Source of the DNA: Candidatus Pelagibacter sp.
GTDB lineage: Bacteria; Pseudomonadota; Alphaproteobacteria; Pelagibacterales; Pelagibacteraceae
Direction: 5' to 3'
DNA length: 64,000 nt
NCBI RefSeq assembly: GCF_052049775.1
Contig: NZ_JBNGZH010000029.1
Coordinates: 6,299 to 70,298, forward strand
How positions within the stretch are numbered: the first letter of the stretch is position 1; each line of letters starts with the position of its first letter. The translations under genes and the position numbers were made by a program. The notes below the pieces were generated by a model, which did not search any database, was not told the origin of the DNA, and worked only from the letters and a program-made list of their open reading frames with translations. Shown one piece after another: positions 59,613-64,000 of this stretch.

Positions 59613-61514
59613 ATGTCAGACAAATTCAGCAAAATTTACGATCTTTCTATTAAAGATCCCGAAAAATTTTGGCAAGAAGCAGCGGATGACATCTTTTGGT
59701 TTAAGAAACCAACAAAAATTTTAAATAAATCTAATCCTCCTTTTTACAAATGGTACGAAGATGGGGTGACCAATACATGTTACAACGCTTTAGATTTTCA
59801 TATCGATCAAGGAAAAGGTGATAAAACTGCTCTAATTTATGATAGCCCCATTACAGGGAACAAAAATAAGTTTACTTACGAGGAATTAAGATCAAAAGTT
59901 TCAAAGTTTGCGGGTGCACTTAAGGATCAAGGTGTCAGTAAAGGGGATCGAGTTATAATTTATATGCCAATGATCCCTGAAGCAGTGGTTGCAATGCTGG
60001 CTTGTGCAAGAATTGGTGCAATACATTCAGTAGTATTTGGTGGTTTTGCTTCAAATGAACTTGCAAGCAGAATTGATGATAGTAAAGCCAAACTTTTAGT
60101 GACCGCATCATGTGGCTTTGAACCAGGACGAACTGTTGAATACAAACCTTTGGTAAATGAAGCAATCAAACAAGCTCAACATAAAATTAGTAAGATGATT
60201 TTATTTCAAAGAAAGGGTCACGAAGTTAAATTAAATGCGCCAATGGAGATAAGTTGGGATGAAGCGCATGTTAATGCCAAAGATACTGATTGTGTTGAAA
60301 TGAATTCAAACGAATTTGCTTACATACTTTACACATCAGGCACTACTGGGACGCCAAAAGGTATCGTGAGAGACATTGGGGGTCACATAGTTGCATTAAA
60401 ATGGACGATGAAAAATATTTATAACATTGATACAGATGATATTTGGTGGTCGGCAAGTGATATTGGTTGGATCGTTGGTCACTCCTACATTGTCTATGCT
60501 CCATTGTTCAAAGGATGCACCACTGTATTGTTCGAAGGTAAGCCTGTGGGCACACCTGATGCTGGAGCGTTCTGGAAAATAATTTCTGACTATAAAGTAA
60601 AATCTTTATTCACCGCGCCAACAGCTTTTAGAGCAATTAAAAAAGAGGATCCTGAGGGAAAGTTTTTTTCAAAATATGATTTAAGTAAATTTGAAAGTCT
60701 ATTTCTTGCAGGAGAACGTGCTGATCCTGATACAATTAAATGGGCAGAAAATTTATTAAAAGTTCCAGTAATTGATCACTGGTGGCAAACTGAAACAAGT
60801 TGGGCGATTAGTTCAAATTGTACTGGAATTGAAATGATGAAAACAAAATATGGCTCAGCTTGTAAAGCAGTACCAGGTTATGATGTTAAAATAATAAAAT
60901 CAGATCAAACGTTAGCTAAACCAAATGAGATGGGAGATATTGTAGTAAAATTACCTTTACCTCCAGGAACTTTTCCAACTCTGTGGAATGCAGATCAAAG
61001 ATATAAAGAAAATTACATGTCAAACTATGAAGGTTATTATCAAACATATGATGCAGGTCACATTGATGAAGATGGTTACATCTGGATTATGTCTAGAACT
61101 GATGACATTATCAATGTTGCAGGTCATAGATTATCAACAGGTGCAATCGAAGAAGTTTTATCAGAACATCAGTCAGTTGCAGAGTGTGCGGTGCTTGGAA
61201 TAGCTGATAAATTAAAGGGTCAATTACCTATTGGATTAATTGTTTTAAAAGCAGGAGTAGATAAAGACAATGAAACAATTTCTAAAGAATGTATTCAAAT
61301 GGTTCGAGATAAAATTGGACCTGTGGCTGCTTTTAAAGTTGCAATTGTTATTAAAAGACTTCCAAAAACAAGATCGGGTAAAATTTTAAGAGGAACAATT
61401 AGAAAAATCGCTGATAGTGTTGAATATAAAATGCCTCCAACTATTGATGATCCAGCAATTTTAGATGAGATCAAAGAGGATTTAATCAAAAATAATATTC
61501 TAAAAAGTGCTTAA
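59613..61514 (+). CDS. prpE: Propionyl-/acetyl-CoA synthetase (PrpE-like)
   Basis: NTCYNALD, YTSGTTGTPKG, DHWWQTET, RTDDIINVAGHRLST and LPKTRSGK. Confidence 0.88.
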   Translation: MSDKFSKIYDLSIKDPEKFWQEAADDIFWFKKPTKILNKSNPPFYKWYEDGVTNTCYNALDFHIDQGKGDKTALIYDSPITGNKNKFTYEELRSKVSKFAGALKDQGVSKGDRVIIYMPMIPEAVVAMLACARIGAIHSVVFGGFASNELASRIDDSKAKLLVTASCGFEPGRTVEYKPLVNEAIKQAQHKISKMILFQRKGHEVKLNAPMEISWDEAHVNAKDTDCVEMNSNEFAYILYTSGTTGTPKGIVRDIGGHIVALKWTMKNIYNIDTDDIWWSASDIGWIVGHSYIVYAPLFKGCTTVLFEGKPVGTPDAGAFWKIISDYKVKSLFTAPTAFRAIKKEDPEGKFFSKYDLSKFESLFLAGERADPDTIKWAENLLKVPVIDHWWQTETSWAISSNCTGIEMMKTKYGSACKAVPGYDVKIIKSDQTLAKPNEMGDIVVKLPLPPGTFPTLWNADQRYKENYMSNYEGYYQTYDAGHIDEDGYIWIMSRTDDIINVAGHRLSTGAIEEVLSEHQSVAECAVLGIADKLKGQLPIGLIVLKAGVDKDNETISKECIQMVRDKIGPVAAFKVAIVIKRLPKTRSGKILRGTIRKIADSVEYKMPPTIDDPAILDEIKEDLIKNNILKSA

Positions 61515-61839
61515 AACTTATTTATTTCTAATCGGTGCAATTTTTTGTGAAGTAGCAGGAACTATGTTACTACCAGTATCACAAAACTTTACTAAAATTA
61601 TTCCTACAAGTTTTCTTGCCATATTTTATTTAACTGCTTTTTATTTACTAACTTTTGTAGTGAACAAACTGCCAATAGCAATTGTTTATGCCACATGGAG
61701 TGGTCTTGGAATATTTACAATTGCAATACTGGGGTATATTTTTTTCAAGCAAACTTTAGCTTGGCAGGCAATATTAGGATTATTTTTAATTGTAATTGGA
61801 GTAGTGTTAGTAAATAGTTTTACAATAAAGCTTAATTAA
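61507..61839 (+). CDS. SMR-family (EmrE/Qac-like) small transporter
   Basis: 110 aa, 4 TM, membrane Glu in AIFCEVAGT and YATWSGLG. Confidence 0.9.
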   Translation: MLKTYLFLIGAIFCEVAGTMLLPVSQNFTKIIPTSFLAIFYLTAFYLLTFVVNKLPIAIVYATWSGLGIFTIAILGYIFFKQTLAWQAILGLFLIVIGVVLVNSFTIKLN

Positions 61840-63139
61840 ACTTTAATGGGGTACCTTCTGGATCTCCTATAATTTTTCCATCTTTCATTTTTGTTTTCCC
61901 AGCAATAATTGTTGCTACAGGTGTTCCTTTAAACTCAACATCATTAAAAGGTGACCATCCACATTTACTTTCAATATTTTCATTCTTTATTACAATCTTT
62001 TTATTCATATCAACAATCGTGAAATCGGCATCATAACCCTCTTTAATAAATCCTTTATTCTGAATGCCAAAAATTTTAATGGGATTTTCACACACTAAGT
62101 TCATTAATTGATTAAGTGATAATTTTCCATCATTAACATGGTTTAACATTACTGGCATTAGAGTTTGAACACCAGGCATACCTGAAGGTGAGTTGGGATA
62201 CTCTTTATCTTTGTTTGCTTTTAAATGTGGGGCGTGGTCTGAGCCAATTGTGTCATTGATATTATTTTTAACTGCATACCATAATCTATCATAATGAGAT
62301 TTATCTCTAATTGGTGGATTCATTTGTGCATAGGTACCAAGTTTGTCATAACAATCTGGAGCATAGATTGTTAAATGTTGCGGGGTAATTTCGAAAGTAA
62401 TATTACCTTTGTGTTGAGATAAAAAATCTATTTCTTGCTTTGTTGTTATATGAAGAACGTGAGCTTTCTTATTATATTTTTTGGCAATTCTAACAATTCT
62501 TTTAGTTGAAGAAATAGCACACTCCTCACTTCTCCATAGGGGATGAGAGTGAACATCTCCATTCTTAATTAATTTTTTATTCCTATTTAAAATTTCCTCA
62601 TCTTCCGAATGAACCGCAACTATTTTTGAGCAATGTTGAAAGACTTTATCGATATCTTCCTCAAGTGCTACCAAAAGATTACCTGTTGATGAACCTACAA
62701 ATAATTTGATACCACAGCATCCCTCTAAATCTTTCAGCTCTGCTAATTGATTAACGTTTTCGGCTGTTGCACCAAAATAGAAAGCGTAATTGCAATACAT
62801 TCTATTTTTTGCAAGATCTAATTTTCTTTGAAATTCTTTAATGTTGGATGTGGGTGGGTTAGTATTTGGCATTTCAAACACTGCCGTAATACCTCCCACA
62901 ACTGCTGCTCTACTTCCTGAATGAAGATCTTCAGTATCTGTTGAGCCAGGTTCTCTAAAATGAGTTTGGGTATCAATACATCCAGGCAAGACTATTAGGT
63001 TTTTTGCATCATACACTTCTTTTGCTTCTTCTGATACATCACCAATTTTTGATATCTTACCGTCTTTAACAGCAACATCTTTATTTTCTAACTTCCCATT
63101 GATATAGCACTGTCCATTTTTGATTATTAGATCTAACAT
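61832..63139 (-). CDS. pyrC: Dihydroorotase (long cyclic amidohydrolase type)
   Basis: HFREPG, MPNT, HSED, PQHL, MNPPIR, GSDHAPH and GMPGVQT. Confidence 0.9.
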   Translation of the reverse strand: MLDLIIKNGQCYINGKLENKDVAVKDGKISKIGDVSEEAKEVYDAKNLIVLPGCIDTQTHFREPGSTDTEDLHSGSRAAVVGGITAVFEMPNTNPPTSNIKEFQRKLDLAKNRMYCNYAFYFGATAENVNQLAELKDLEGCCGIKLFVGSSTGNLLVALEEDIDKVFQHCSKIVAVHSEDEEILNRNKKLIKNGDVHSHPLWRSEECAISSTKRIVRIAKKYNKKAHVLHITTKQEIDFLSQHKGNITFEITPQHLTIYAPDCYDKLGTYAQMNPPIRDKSHYDRLWYAVKNNINDTIGSDHAPHLKANKDKEYPNSPSGMPGVQTLMPVMLNHVNDGKLSLNQLMNLVCENPIKIFGIQNKGFIKEGYDADFTIVDMNKKIVIKNENIESKCGWSPFNDVEFKGTPVATIIAGKTKMKDGKIIGDPEGTPLKFN

Positions 63140-63182
63140 TTTTGAGAAAAGTTATTATATTAAAATCAGATATCAATCAAAT

Positions 63183-64000
63183 ATGAATAATAGTGTTTAT
63201 ATATTAGAAGATAGAGCCATACTTTACGTCAATGGTTCAGATGCAAAAGATTTTCTGCAAAATCTGATTAGCAATGACATTAACAAAGTTACAGATAACT
63301 CCAGTTGTTTTGCATCATTGTTTACTCCGCAAGGTAAATTTTTATATGAATTTATGGTTGTGAAACACAAATTGGGTTACTTCATTGATTGTGAAAAATC
63401 TCAGTCTGATGAGATATTTAAACAATTAAATTTATATAAAATAAGATCAAAAGTAGAAATTCTTAATTTAAGTAACGAATTTGTGGTTGCTAGTTTTGGA
63501 TACGAAAAATATTTATCTATTGAAGGTACAAAGGATATCTTGGGTTTTACATTTAAGTATAGAGAAGATCCTATTTTTTTAGATCCGAGAAATAAACACT
63601 TGGGTGCTAGACTTATAATTAATCTTGAAAAACTTTATTTATCTTTGAAAAAGCTTGATCTTAAAAACGATAAAATTGAAAACTATCATATCCATAGTCA
63701 TAAACTTGGTATAGTTCCAAAAGACTTAAATAAATTGAAGAATAAATTATTTGGTATTGAGTGTAACTTTGAAGAACTAAATGGTATTGATTTTAAAAAA
63801 GGCTGTTATGTTGGGCAAGAAAATACTGCCAGAATAAAATTAAAAAATAAGCTTTCAAAAAGATTACTACCAATCGAGATTATTGATGGAGAATTAATGG
63901 AGAATGAAAGTGTTTTAAATAATAATGTTGAGATTGGAAAAGTCTTAATTAATGAAACGTATCCTTTTGCCCTAATTAAATTTTTAGATTCAAATTTTGA
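63183..64000 (+). CDS. ygfZ: Folate-binding Fe-S repair protein YgfZ (3' end outside the window)
   Basis: MNNSVYILEDRAILYVNGSDAKDFLQNLISND..TPQGK and the signature KGCYVGQE. Confidence 0.93.
   Translation, partial: MNNSVYILEDRAILYVNGSDAKDFLQNLISNDINKVTDNSSCFASLFTPQGKFLYEFMVVKHKLGYFIDCEKSQSDEIFKQLNLYKIRSKVEILNLSNEFVVASFGYEKYLSIEGTKDILGFTFKYREDPIFLDPRNKHLGARLIINLEKLYLSLKKLDLKNDKIENYHIHSHKLGIVPKDLNKLKNKLFGIECNFEELNGIDFKKGCYVGQENTARIKLKNKLSKRLLPIEIIDGELMENESVLNNNVEIGKVLINETYPFALIKFLDSNF

Noticed and set aside
59417-59632. 71-aa minus-strand ORF upstream of proteorhodopsin
   Set aside because: It overlaps the acyl-CoA synthetase start and the PR promoter and leader hairpins, has no Shine-Dalgarno or motif, and is probably spurious.
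13-61489. Many 60-125 aa ORFs antisense to or out of frame within long genes (for example 995..1249, 7986..8303, 12078..12413, 33021..33398, 41541..41843)
   Set aside because: These are shadow ORFs fully nested in well-supported genes, as expected from codon bias, and none has independent motifs.
61507-61839. SMR protein as a guanidinium exporter (Gdx) linked to the amidinotransferase
   Set aside because: The helix-1 motif (AIFCEVAGT) is Qac/EmrE-like rather than Gdx-like, no guanidine riboswitch precedes it, and it lies about 50 kb from the amidinotransferase.
1-64000. tRNA, rRNA, CRISPR arrays and SAM-type riboswitches
   Set aside because: All intergenic gaps were read by eye. None contains a cloverleaf, a repeat-spacer array or a recognisable aptamer other than the glycine riboswitch. 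A covariance-model scan could still find weak elements.

Overview
A very AT-rich, extremely gene-dense alphaproteobacterial chromosome segment with tiny intergenic gaps. Gene content and order (proteorhodopsin next to ferredoxin/FNR/GST and an acyl-CoA synthetase; glycine riboswitch-gcvTHP; recA-alaS-icd) point to Candidatus Pelagibacter (SAR11). This is an inference from pattern recognition, not from a database search. About 60 CDSs cover core functions (dnaB end, purF, gshAB, gcvTHP, guaAB, panB, rlmE, psd/pssA, icd, alaS, recA, dksA, pyrC, ygfZ start) and niche functions. The niche functions include an AGAT-like amidinotransferase paired with a DMT transporter, a metal-independent formate dehydrogenase with an HPP membrane protein, a ufaD/ufaO/ufaM-like (furan fatty acid-type) lipid cluster, 5-oxoprolinase pxpABC beside a TRAP transporter, LexA-boxed umuDC next to a secreted polysaccharide-lyase-like gene, and a blue-tuned proteorhodopsin. 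Non-coding features read directly from the sequence are a tandem glycine riboswitch with a 12-bp anti-start-codon helix, alphaproteobacterial LexA boxes at recA and umuD, several terminator hairpins and a structured proteorhodopsin leader. Two small membrane-peptide ORFs after dksA are missing from the ORF track. No rRNA, tRNA, CRISPR array, integrase or transposase was seen.
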